DNA of 64,000 nt from Candidatus Latescibacterota bacterium (GTDB taxonomy: Bacteria; Latescibacterota; UBA2968): positions 1,664,001-1,728,000 of the forward strand of contig OZ240241.1 of the NCBI GenBank assembly GCA_965198115.1, written 5' to 3'. The notes beneath the pieces were generated by a model, which was given only the letters and a program-made list of their open reading frames with translations, searched no databases and had not been told where the DNA came from. The position numbers and the translations under genes were made by a program. Of the stretch, positions 1 through 7,998 are shown piece by piece (the stretch's first letter is position 1; every line of letters begins with the position of its first letter).

Positions 1-537
1 CCTCTTGACGATCCACCCGTCCGGACAGGGCGGAAACGCAAGCGACTCGTGGTCGTCCCCAGGCACCTCGACCCCGAGCACCTCCAACACCGACGTTGAT
101 AAGGGCCCCTGTATGCCAAGAACGGACCAGGATTCGGACACATCTTCGATCGAAACATCGTCACCGATCAGATAGCGATCGAGAAACGCCGCCGCGGACG
201 TGTGCAGATCCGGTTCGAACTCCAAAAACATCGCTTCCCCGCGGTTGTAGAGGTGCAGGTCGGCCTGCGTGTTTCCCTTTGGGTCCGTCAATGCCGTGTG
301 ATTGCCCTTACCTGGCTGGACGTCTTCGACCGTGTTCGTGAGCATTCCGTGGAGGAACCTGGCGCGATCGGCTCCCGTCACACGCAGTTTTCCGCGCGCA
401 CTCCGGTCGATCAGCGCCGCATTGCTCCGAATCGCCTCGTACTCGGCCGCCGCATCCCCATAGTCCACGGCGACCTCACGCCCCTCGATCGTTTCGAAAC
501 TGCCTTGTGCCTGAACCTCGCGCAGCCCCATGCTCAT
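1..537 (-). CDS. Aminomethyltransferase folate-binding protein (GcvT/YgfZ family), 3' end outside window
   Basis: Not in the ORF track because it runs off the edge. Manual translation from ATG 537 (RBS AAGGAG): MSMGLREVQAQGSFETIEGREVAVDYGDAAAEYEAIRSNAALIDRSARGKLRVTGADRARFLHGMLTN...DVSESWSVLGIQGP, the typical GcvT/YgfZ N-terminus. Confidence 0.85.
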   Translation of the reverse strand, partial: MSMGLREVQAQGSFETIEGREVAVDYGDAAAEYEAIRSNAALIDRSARGKLRVTGADRARFLHGMLTNTVEDVQPGKGNHTALTDPKGNTQADLHLYNRGEAMFLEFEPDLHTSAAAFLDRYLIGDDVSIEDVSESWSVLGIQGPLSTSVLEVLGVEVPGDDHESLAFPPCPDGWIVKR

Positions 538-686
538 CTCCTTGGCGAACTGCTTCCACAGACGTCACCCGGTGACTATCATAGCCAGCCTACCGAACGT
601 GTCAAGGCGGCGCGTTCTCTTGGCTTGCCGTGACGCGGCAGCCCCATACTTTAGAGAGTCGGAACTCTACTCCTCAGGAGGTCAAC

Positions 687-1655
687 TTGAAAGCAATCCG
701 CGTGCACCAGACTGGCGGGCCCGAGCGTCTGAGTCTGGACGAAGTGCCCGTAGCCGACCCGGGCGAGGGCGAAATTCTCATACGCGTCGACGCGGCGGGA
801 CTCAACTACATCGACACCTACCACCGATCCGGCCTGTATCCCCTGGAGTTGCCGGTCACGCTCGGTCTCGAGGGCGGGGGCGCGGTCGAACGACTCGGGG
901 ACGGCGTTGAAGACTTCGAACCCGGTGACCTCGTCGGCTGGGCAACCTGCCAGGGATCGTATGCCGATTACCTCTGCGCGCCTGCCGAGAAAGTCGTCAA
1001 ACTGCCCGATGGCATCACTACCGAGCAGGCCGCGGCCGTCATGCTGCAGGGCATGACCGTCCACTACCTCACGCACACGACCTATCCCCTCAAAAGTGGG
1101 GACACCGCGCTCGTTCACGCTGCCGCTGGAGGCGTCGGGCTCCTGATGGTCCAAATCGCGAAGAAACTCGGAGCGCGCGTCATCGGCACGGTAGGAACCG
1201 AGGAAAAGGCCGACCTCGCACGCGGGGCCGGCGCCGACGAAATCATCCTCTACGCGGAGCAGGATTTCGAAGCGGAAACCCGCCGACTGACGGATGGCGA
1301 TGGTGTGGACGTCGCCTACGACTCCGTTGGAAAGGCGACGTGGGAAGGCTCCATGAACAGTCTGAAGCCGCGTGGGTATCTCGTGCTCTTCGGGAACGCC
1401 AGCGGCCCGGTCCCCCCCGTCGACCCCTTCCTCCTGACACAGAAGGGCTCTTTATTCATGACGCGTCCCACCCTGATGAGCTACACCCTGACCCGCGAGG
1501 AGCTCCTCGGCAGAGCCCACGACATCCTCGGCTGGGTCGCGGACGGATCGCTGAACCTGAGAATCGACAGACAGCTCCCCCTCGCTCAGGCGGCCGATGC
1601 CCATCGTGCCCTCGAATCGAGGGCGACCAAGGGAAAGGTACTGATCCTGCCGTAA
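687..1655 (+). CDS. qor: NADPH:quinone oxidoreductase (zeta-crystallin/MDR family)
   Basis: GLNYIDTYHRSGLYP, LGLEGGG, HAAAGGVG and YDSVG motifs. Probable start is TTG 687 after AGGAGG (track ORF begins at 630). Confidence 0.92.
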   Translation: MKAIRVHQTGGPERLSLDEVPVADPGEGEILIRVDAAGLNYIDTYHRSGLYPLELPVTLGLEGGGAVERLGDGVEDFEPGDLVGWATCQGSYADYLCAPAEKVVKLPDGITTEQAAAVMLQGMTVHYLTHTTYPLKSGDTALVHAAAGGVGLLMVQIAKKLGARVIGTVGTEEKADLARGAGADEIILYAEQDFEAETRRLTDGDGVDVAYDSVGKATWEGSMNSLKPRGYLVLFGNASGPVPPVDPFLLTQKGSLFMTRPTLMSYTLTREELLGRAHDILGWVADGSLNLRIDRQLPLAQAADAHRALESRATKGKVLILP

Positions 1656-1682
1656 CCCGGCTCGCACGGATTCCGCATCATC

Positions 1683-1720
1683 TGGCCGTGTCTCGCGAGG
1701 GGCGCGGCCACTTCTATCTT
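1683..1720 (+). terminator. Probable intrinsic terminator of qor
   Basis: TGGCCGTG...CGCGGCCA hairpin followed by pyrimidine-rich CTTCTATCTT. Confidence 0.4.
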
Positions 1721-1781
1721 CATTCTTATCAAACCTTTAGCCTCTTTATCAGAAAAAGTGCCGAAAAACAAGAAAAAGGGC

Positions 1782-1809
1782 TAAAGGTCGATCAACCACC
1801 TGCCGATAT
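1782..1809 (+). promoter_or_regulatory. sigma28 (FliA/SigD)-type promoter P1
   Basis: TAAA(GGTC)-N16-GCCGATAT versus consensus TAAA-N15/16-GCCGATAA. The -35 lies in one arm of a perfect 10-bp inverted repeat (ACCTTTAGCC 1733-1742 / GGCTAAAGGT 1779-1788). Confidence 0.65.
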
Positions 1810-1836
1810 ACTGAGAGAAGGGGCGACTTACCCACC

Positions 1837-1863
1837 TCACGGGTCACCCCTCGATGCCGATAT
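1837..1863 (+). promoter_or_regulatory. Second, weaker sigma28-type promoter P2
   Basis: TCAC-N15-GCCGATAT, 54 bp downstream of P1. Confidence 0.4.
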
Positions 1864-1925
1864 CACGGCGTTCCGACGGGGGTCGGGGCGCAACTGTAGG
1901 TCCCCTCTTACTTGGGTCGAAATCG

Positions 1926-2132
1926 ATGGATCGTGATCGTGTGCGACAACTACAATCCACAATCAGCCGACAACTTTCGCACCTCACCGGAGAGGAGGTC
2001 AAAATCACTGACTTGGAGGCCATCTATTTTGCCTCGGCCGAGCTTACGATCGCCCTCACCCGACAGTCGGGTATGAAAGGTTGCTCATGCCAGCAGAAAT
2101 CAATAACTCCGTCATTTCAGCAGCGTCCCTGA
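1926..2132 (+). CDS. Small hypothetical protein (68 aa)
   Basis: ATG 1926, MDRDRVRQLQSTISRQLSHLTGEEVKITDLEAIYF; globular-looking and immediately downstream of the sigma28-like promoters; overlaps the next ORF. Confidence 0.45.
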   Translation: MDRDRVRQLQSTISRQLSHLTGEEVKITDLEAIYFASAELTIALTRQSGMKGCSCQQKSITPSFQQRP

Positions 2133-2362
2133 CACCCCGTTCTGTCCCTCAAGGCCAGGCGGAGTTGAGGTCGCGCGACAACGCGGCGGAGGGGAACACC
2201 TCGAATCCTCAGGCCGTTCTGGCCAGCCGAAACGAGGAAGTCGTACGGGCGCCCGATCCGGGAACGAGCGGGCAGGGCGCCGAAAATCAATCTCAGCAGA
2301 ACACCTCCGCCGCCGACAGCGGCGACGGTGGAGTCGGAAACAACCTGGATGTAACGATCTAA
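2087..2362 (+). CDS. Low-complexity S/N/Q/A-rich small protein ending GVGNNLDVTI (YjfB/motility-associated-like C-terminus)
   Basis: ATG preceded by GAAAGG; disordered composition; C-terminal GNNLD motif. Confidence 0.6.
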   Translation: MPAEINNSVISAASLTPRSVPQGQAELRSRDNAAEGNTSNPQAVLASRNEEVVRAPDPGTSGQGAENQSQQNTSAADSGDGGVGNNLDVTI

Positions 2363-2510
2363 CCCGTCTATTCTGCGCAACGAATCGTTCAACGCGGCGA
2401 CCTCCTGGTCAGAGGTTCGGGGCGATTCGAAGCGACGTAATCGGTTGATTCGGTCACCGGTTACGGAAACCTCAGTCGAAGCGATTGATCACGTTTGGTA
2501 GGGTAGTGAT

Positions 2511-3490
2511 ATGCCGATCTTTGTATCGCGGTTTTCGCCTGAAAGGTCGCTCATCGGTAATTTCCTTTCTCCGCGCTCACCCGCCAGGGAAGCGCAGGAG
2601 GAGTTGGAAGCCGATCGAGAGTGGCAGCCACTGGAAACAGTGGCAACCCCGCACCGGCCGGAGACCGGGTTCAGTCTGCGAATCGTTCCACTCCCGATTC
2701 TACGACCCGATCTGCGACCGAGAACGCCGCGTCCGGGCAGGACGCACCTTCCCAGAACATCAGTGCCGACTCGCTCACGCTCCTCGATCAGCTGCGGCTC
2801 AGACGAAACGCCGCCAACCTGATCGCAGACATCCGTGAGAATACGGGATCGGCCGAACCGATCGAGGATCCTCCAGCCACAGAAGGCGACGGTGTGGTCT
2901 CAGCCGGAGCCGGTGCTCTGGCAGAGCGCCTGACGGCGCTCGTCGAGGAGCTGGCTACGGACGGTGGCGACAACGTCGTCCCGGTCGAAGCATCCTCTGA
3001 ATTGATCGAACCCGTCGCGGTCGAGAATCAAGCAGCCAGCGAAGCTGCAGCGACCGAGCGGCTCGAAGTTCTGATCGACGCGTTGCAAGCGGGCGACTCG
3101 ACGGAGGCAGGAGCCGCCGTCGTCCAACCCGCCAGCGCACCCGCGGAGTCGGTCGAGCTCGCGCCACGCGAAGTGCAGGAGCGCAGTCTGCGGCAGGATC
3201 TGCAGACGATCGCTACCGGTCTTCGCGAGGACGCCGCTATCGAGAGCCAGCGGAGTGTGGCCCAGGCTGCGCGAACAGCCGAGGCCGCAGCTCAGCGGGG
3301 TCAGCGTCAGGAGGTCCGCCAGAACCAACGGGAGATTCAGTCCCTGCAGACGGACCGACGTAGTGCCCAACAGGATGTGCAACGGGCAGACCAGGCTATC
3401 CGTCAGTTGCAGACGCGGAACACTCGGATTCAATCGAGCTCGTCGCAGCCGACGAACACGGGGAATTCACTCGACCTTCTGGCCGAATAG
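2511..3490 (+). CDS. Ala/Glu/Gln-rich protein with C-terminal coiled coil, ending TGNSLDLLAE (FlxA-like); possible frameshift near 2620
   Basis: The 289-aa ORF 2621-3490 is clearly coding. The upstream frame from ATG 2511 (MPIFVSRF...REAQEELEADRE) joins it if one G is added at GAG|GTG (~326 aa), so the true start is uncertain. Confidence 0.6.
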
Positions 3491-3593
3491 TCACCACCGG
3501 GGTTTGAGCCTGACCCGGGCCCGAAACCAGGCTCAAGACGACGCGTACATCGGAGTGGCGCTTCGTCAACGTACCTCGTCTCTCAACTAGAGC

Positions 3594-3654
3594 GGTGGTA
3601 CCGATTGGTCAGTCCCCCTTTCTCTCGGTCTTCCGAGGGGAAGGGGGGTTTTTT
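3594..3654 (+). terminator. Strong intrinsic terminator overlapping a T-box-like antiterminator
   Basis: 15-bp stem CCCCCTTTCTCTCGG-TCTT-CCGAGGGGAAGGGGG followed by T6; upstream GG-TGGTACC-GATT...AGTC-CC can form an alternative structure. Confidence 0.75.
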
Positions 3655-3656
3655 CA

Positions 3657-3684
3657 TTGACCAGTGACCATTGACCAGTGACCA
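3657..3684. repeat. Heptamer tandem repeat (T/G)TGACCA x4
   Basis: TTGACCA GTGACCA TTGACCA GTGACCA read directly. Confidence 0.85.
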
Positions 3685-3797
3685 GAGTTTGGGTGTAGGA
3701 GGATGGAAGGGTGTTTGGATAAAGGGCTTGCTCACGATTTGGGGTTCCCCTATCATCATTCGCAACGCAGCGTCGTCCCCCCTTTCCGGGTCCTGTC

Positions 3798-4085
3798 GTG
3801 CAAGATATCGCAGATCATCTCAAAGTCCTCGCCGACCCGGCCAGGCTCCGCATTCTTAAAGAGCTCATGGTCGTCAAAGCCGAAAAGAACGTTTGTGTGC
3901 GCGACCTGGCCGAGCGACTCAAGATTTCCCAGCCCAACGTCTCCCACCACCTGAAGGTGCTGAAGTCTGCTGGCTTCATCTCGTGTAAGAAACCGTGCGA
4001 TGAAGATCAGCGATACGCCTACTATTCCGTCGATCGCGCGAAGATCGAAGGTCTCTTCTGTAACGTCATTGAATCGATCTCGTAG
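3798..4085 (+). CDS. ArsR/SmtB family metalloregulator
   Basis: LKVLADPARLRIL...CVRDLAERLKISQPNVSHHLKVLKSAGFI winged HTH; 4 Cys. Confidence 0.92.
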   Translation: MQDIADHLKVLADPARLRILKELMVVKAEKNVCVRDLAERLKISQPNVSHHLKVLKSAGFISCKKPCDEDQRYAYYSVDRAKIEGLFCNVIESIS

Positions 4086-4106
4086 AGTGGGAAAGGCGTA
4101 GAACCA

Positions 4107-4143
4107 CCCTTCGATACGCGGCGTAGCCGCTACTCAGGGCAGG
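4107..4143. repeat. REP-like palindromic element (CCCTTCGATACG...CTACTCAGGGCAGG)
   Basis: Hairpin related to the copies at 10423 and 14217. Confidence 0.6.
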
Positions 4144-4341
4144 CAGATGAACACAAATGGGGAGTCGGCCATTTGATCCAGTCCCTATTCGGGAAAATGA
4201 TTTGAAAGTGTCCGGAGGCTTGCCGCAGGCAACGATGATGACAATTGGTAGTGAGGTTTGAAACAGACATCCCGCAGCTTAGAAAAAAGTGGCCTCGTCG
4301 GCATCGACGGGGCCCTTCGTCGTTTTAGACAGATGGTTTGA

Positions 4342-4914
4342 TCAACCTGGAGGCACAACCACGATCGCGCGCGGACGCGTCGGGCAGGCGTGTTCGCACA
4401 CGCCGCATCCGACACAGACGTCGCCAACGGCCACCATTCCTCCGGCGTCCAACGCGAGTGCCTTTTCGCCCACCGGGCAAAGATCGATGCATATTCTGCA
4501 ATCGACGTCGTGTGTTCGCTCGCATTGATCGACGTCGACCCGGGCCCGCCCCATCCGAATCGCCTCTCTCGGCAGAACCTCGAGAGCGCCCGTTGGACAC
4601 GCCGGCATGCACGCGAGGTCGTCGCACACGACACAGGGTTGGGTTTCGGCGAGGATGACGGGTGTCCCGTCTTGGGACGGATCGGACGAACTCAACGGTT
4701 GAATCGCATCGGCCGGGCAGGCACCGACACAAGCGTGGCACTTCGAACACACATCCAGAAAGTCGGGCCTCGCGCCGGGAGGTCGGAGAATCCTCACCGG
4801 GCCGGTCTCCCTATCTAGCTTCTCCTCGACGAATTCGGCGGCGGGCAGCACGTATCGTCTCACCACCTCGCGAAAGAAACCGCGCCGTCCAGAGTCCTCG
4901 TTCACTTCACCCAC
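4342..4914 (-). CDS. NapG/MauM/NapF-type polyferredoxin (4Fe-4S)
   Basis: RRGFF N-terminus, LRPPGA, CSKCHACVGACP, CVVCDDLACMPACP, CRICIDLCP, CVGCGVCEHACP. Confidence 0.88.
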   Translation of the reverse strand: MGEVNEDSGRRGFFREVVRRYVLPAAEFVEEKLDRETGPVRILRPPGARPDFLDVCSKCHACVGACPADAIQPLSSSDPSQDGTPVILAETQPCVVCDDLACMPACPTGALEVLPREAIRMGRARVDVDQCERTHDVDCRICIDLCPVGEKALALDAGGMVAVGDVCVGCGVCEHACPTRPRAIVVVPPG

Positions 4915-4926
4915 CTCACCTGACGA

Positions 4927-5700
4927 TCACGAGACCGCGACCTGTCGGGCCACGGAACGCAGATCCATTTCATACTCGATGTCTACGATCGGTGGACGCG
5001 ATGGGATCTGATTGATCCCGTGCCTGGACGCCCGTCCCATTCGCTCCAGCAGATAGGGCACCACCGCGCGATCGATCGGATGAACCGTGTAGACGTTCGT
5101 CTCTCTCACATCGTCCCACGCGAACCCCAGTCCTTCGAGCCGTTTCGCCATCAGGTTCACGACATAGGTCCCCTTCTCCCCGATCGCGTCTTCCGTCGTC
5201 TCGCCACACCGGATGATCGCCTGCCGTGTCAGTTCTGGTGACGCCACCTCTCCACCCCCTGCGATCACGAAGGACGACGCATCCTCGTCGGCGGCATCTG
5301 CGTCTGGCACCGCGCAGGAGAATGCGTGCATCGTCTGTTCGTCCGGTGGATCGAGCGACGGCGCGACGTTTGTGCGCGCGATCGGATTCTCGTCGCCGTC
5401 GTAGACCTCCCAGGAACGGAGCACGTCGCAATACGTCTCGTTGTAGGCCTTGAAACCGTCAATCGTGTAGGGCGAAGGGCAACGGAGCTCGATCGCACAA
5501 AGGGATTCGCGCGGTTCGCCGACATCGGATAGATACCGATCGATTCGATCGAACCCGCCGCGCCACGGCAACAGATGTTCGAACTGAATCCGCTCGACTC
5601 GAAACCCCGGTTCCGCGGCAACACCGCTCGAATACGGTGAGCCCCCGCGCAGGTAGCGGTATCGACCGCTGGGGTGCGGGCGACCTGGCCGGTTACTCAC
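4927..5700 (-). CDS. CnbZ-like (2-amino-5-chloromuconate deaminase / RidA-fold) protein
   Basis: PYSSGV, LCAIELRCPSPY, NPIARTNVAP, SRPPIVDIEYEMDLR motifs; GTG 5700 overlaps the upstream stop. Confidence 0.7.
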   Translation of the reverse strand: MSNRPGRPHPSGRYRYLRGGSPYSSGVAAEPGFRVERIQFEHLLPWRGGFDRIDRYLSDVGEPRESLCAIELRCPSPYTIDGFKAYNETYCDVLRSWEVYDGDENPIARTNVAPSLDPPDEQTMHAFSCAVPDADAADEDASSFVIAGGGEVASPELTRQAIIRCGETTEDAIGEKGTYVVNLMAKRLEGLGFAWDDVRETNVYTVHPIDRAVVPYLLERMGRASRHGINQIPSRPPIVDIEYEMDLRSVARQVAVS

Positions 5701-6749
5701 AAAACCTCCTCGGGTTCGGTCAGATACGAAACGAGCAACCTGCCCGTATTGACGATGCCCTCGGTCGAGCACATCTCGTATCCGTGCGTGTTGTCGCCCG
5801 GGTAGGCCAGACACAGTGCGCGCCCGGCCGCCCCCGCCTTCTTTGCGATGCTCGCGTCACTCCCGTAAGACGTGACGACGGCGGCTTGCGCGCCGAATCC
5901 CAACCGGTCGGCTCTCGCGTGGAGACGATCGAGCGTTGCCTGATGATACAGTCCCTGGGCATCGGCGTGCAACAGCACGGGAGAGCCGCCATTCCGAATC
6001 TGATACTCTTCGGCGACGGGCGCAATGTCGAGTGCGATCACTTCGTCGACCGGCAGGCGTTCGATGGCGTGGACCGCGCCGATCGCCCCGACCTCCTCTT
6101 CCGAACTCACCACGAGGTAGACGTCGCGCAACGGGGGTGTTCGCTCGAGCGTTCGCGCCGTTTCGAGCAGAATCGCGACACCCGCCCGGCAGTCGAGGTT
6201 ATAGCCACAGATGAAACCCTCGATATGCTTCGCCCTCTTCCGTTCCCGATCCAGCACGATTCTCGTACCGGGTCGAACACCGGCGCCCTTGAGCGTTTCC
6301 TTCGACACCTTCGTTTCCACCCACATCGATTCCCAGTCCAACGAAGCCCCCGCTTTCACACGACCGGCGGGACTGTCGGTCGAGACGTGCTTCGCACCGA
6401 TCGACAGCACACCCGGCATGGTCTCTTTGGCTCCGAGGATCTCAACGGGTCTTTCGCCGATCGCCCAGGGGTGAAGACCTCCGAGGGCCCGAACACGAAG
6501 ACGGCCATTCGACTCAACGCGCTTCACCATCATAGCGATCTCATCTTTGTGCGCCGTCACCGCGACCGCATTGTCGGTATCACTCCCCGGTATCTTCACG
6601 ATCAGGTTGCCGGCTGCGTCGACCGCCGTTTCCATTCCCAACCCCGCAAAGACATCGGTACAGTAAGTCGCGACTTCGTCTTCCACACCCGATGGCGCGT
6701 GCGCGAGCATGAGAGACTCCGTGTCTCTCATCAGTCTCTGAGGTTCCAA
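5697..6749 (-). CDS. M42 family aminopeptidase/metallopeptidase
   Basis: APSGVE, AHKDEI, LDCRAG, SEEEVG, NTHGYE; TTG 6749 after GAGAGGA (the track ORF is over-extended to 7238). Confidence 0.88.
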   Translation of the reverse strand: MEPQRLMRDTESLMLAHAPSGVEDEVATYCTDVFAGLGMETAVDAAGNLIVKIPGSDTDNAVAVTAHKDEIAMMVKRVESNGRLRVRALGGLHPWAIGERPVEILGAKETMPGVLSIGAKHVSTDSPAGRVKAGASLDWESMWVETKVSKETLKGAGVRPGTRIVLDRERKRAKHIEGFICGYNLDCRAGVAILLETARTLERTPPLRDVYLVVSSEEEVGAIGAVHAIERLPVDEVIALDIAPVAEEYQIRNGGSPVLLHADAQGLYHQATLDRLHARADRLGFGAQAAVVTSYGSDASIAKKAGAAGRALCLAYPGDNTHGYEMCSTEGIVNTGRLLVSYLTEPEEVL

Positions 6750-6952
6750 CGCATCCTCTCCGGAAGGGTCAACAACGAAAGCTGCAACGGATCCCCGTTT
6801 CTCAGCCCGATGGCTAAAGACTGGGCGGGGTCCGGCCGAACTATGTGGGGTATCCCCCGATGTTACCCCTTGATTTGTAAGGGATTGACTTCCTCCATGC
6901 AAGTTCTCATCCTTTAGACTGGGCCGCACGTGAGGCCCTGACGATCCGCTGC

Positions 6953-6982
6953 TTGACAGCGCGCGACGAATTCCTTTATTGT
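6953..6982 (+). promoter_or_regulatory. Possible sigma70 promoter for the sigma factor gene
   Basis: TTGACA-N18-TATTGT. Confidence 0.35.
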
Positions 6983-7053
6983 CGCCGCCTCCCAAACGTG
7001 CACGGGCATCTTGCCACCAGCGTCCTTCACCCCACACCACAAGGAACTCCGAA

Positions 7054-7920
7054 GTGGCGCGTGCATCCAAGACGAATTTCAAGGGTGTAAAAGATTCGCT
7101 CCATCGGTATCTCGAAGACGTGGCTTCTTCCCAGCCACTCTCCGCAGCAGAGGAAATCTCACTCGCCCAACGCATCAAAAAGGGCGACCTCGAGGCACGG
7201 GCAAAACTCGTCGAAGCGAACCTCCGCTTCGTCATCACCGTCGCACGTGAGTATCAAAACCAGGGCGTCCCTCTCGTCGACCTCATCAGCGCCGGTAACA
7301 TCGGTCTGATCGTCGCGGCCGAACGGTTCGACGAAACGAAGGGATTCAAGTTTATCTCCTACGCTGTCTGGTGGATCCGGCAATCCATTTTACAAACGTT
7401 GGCCGAGCACTCACGCGTCGTGCGTTTGCCCCTCAATCGGGTCGATCTCCTGCGTCGCATCGCTCGATACACGAACAGCAAGCAGCAGGAAACTTCCTCA
7501 AAGCCGCAGGAAGAAGAGATCGCCGAAGAGTTGGGCATCACCGTCGAGCAAGTCGTCGACACGCTGTCGACCGGTCAGCGCGTGCTCTCGCTCGACGCCA
7601 CATTCGGCGACGACGACGAGAACAGTCTGCTCGAAATCATGGCGGATGACAACCAAGAACCACCCGACGAAATGATGTTGAAGAACTCGCTCGAGTACGA
7701 AATCCACGCAACTCTGGATACGCTCGACAACCGGGAAAAGGAAGTTATCAAGCTCTACTTCGGTCTGAGCGGCGAGCCCGAAATGACCCTCGAAGAGATC
7801 GGTCTCCAGTTCAGGCTCACTCGCGAGCGCGTACGCCAAATCAAAGAGAAGGCCTTACGGAAGCTTCGTCATCCCACGCGAGGCCGCAAACTGATCTCCT
7901 TCTCGGAAAGCGGCGCCTGA
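7054..7920 (+). CDS. RNA polymerase sigma factor, RpoD/SigA family, short form lacking region 1.1 (288 aa)
   Basis: DSLHRYL (1.2), LVEANLRFV, GFKFISYAVWWIRQ (2.3/2.4), TLEEIG...TRERVRQIKEKALRKLR (4.2); GTG 7054 after AAGGA. Confidence 0.95.
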   Translation: MARASKTNFKGVKDSLHRYLEDVASSQPLSAAEEISLAQRIKKGDLEARAKLVEANLRFVITVAREYQNQGVPLVDLISAGNIGLIVAAERFDETKGFKFISYAVWWIRQSILQTLAEHSRVVRLPLNRVDLLRRIARYTNSKQQETSSKPQEEEIAEELGITVEQVVDTLSTGQRVLSLDATFGDDDENSLLEIMADDNQEPPDEMMLKNSLEYEIHATLDTLDNREKEVIKLYFGLSGEPEMTLEEIGLQFRLTRERVRQIKEKALRKLRHPTRGRKLISFSESGA

Positions 7921-7946
7921 CGACCGATTAAAACGAGAAAGAAATG

Positions 7947-7981
7947 AGGGCTGTGTCCACAGGACGCAGCCCTTTGTGTTT
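7947..7981 (+). terminator. Intrinsic terminator between convergent sigma factor gene and murD
   Basis: AGGGCTGTGTCC-ACA-GGACGCAGCCCT followed by TTGTGTTT. Confidence 0.7.
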
Positions 7982-7998
7982 CCCTCCCACCTTCAACC

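Noticed and set aside
2489-2520. Third sigma28 promoter (TCAC...GCCGATCT)
   Set aside because: Spacer of 20 nt is too long and the -10 overlaps the putative start codon
3657-3684. Possible CRISPR array or iterons (also considered for 13017-13050)
   Set aside because: Units are 7-8 bp, contiguous, without spacers; no cas or rep genes
5637-6917. 426-aa plus-strand ORF, and similar long ORFs such as 10841-11929, 13067-14041, 21316-22581, 22530-23735 and 34754-35836
   Set aside because: Antisense shadows of well-supported genes; long stop-free antisense frames are expected at this GC content and show no family motifs
6750-7238. N-terminal 160 aa of the 513-aa M42 ORF
   Set aside because: Overlaps the sigma factor gene on the opposite strand; peptidase homology starts only near 6749
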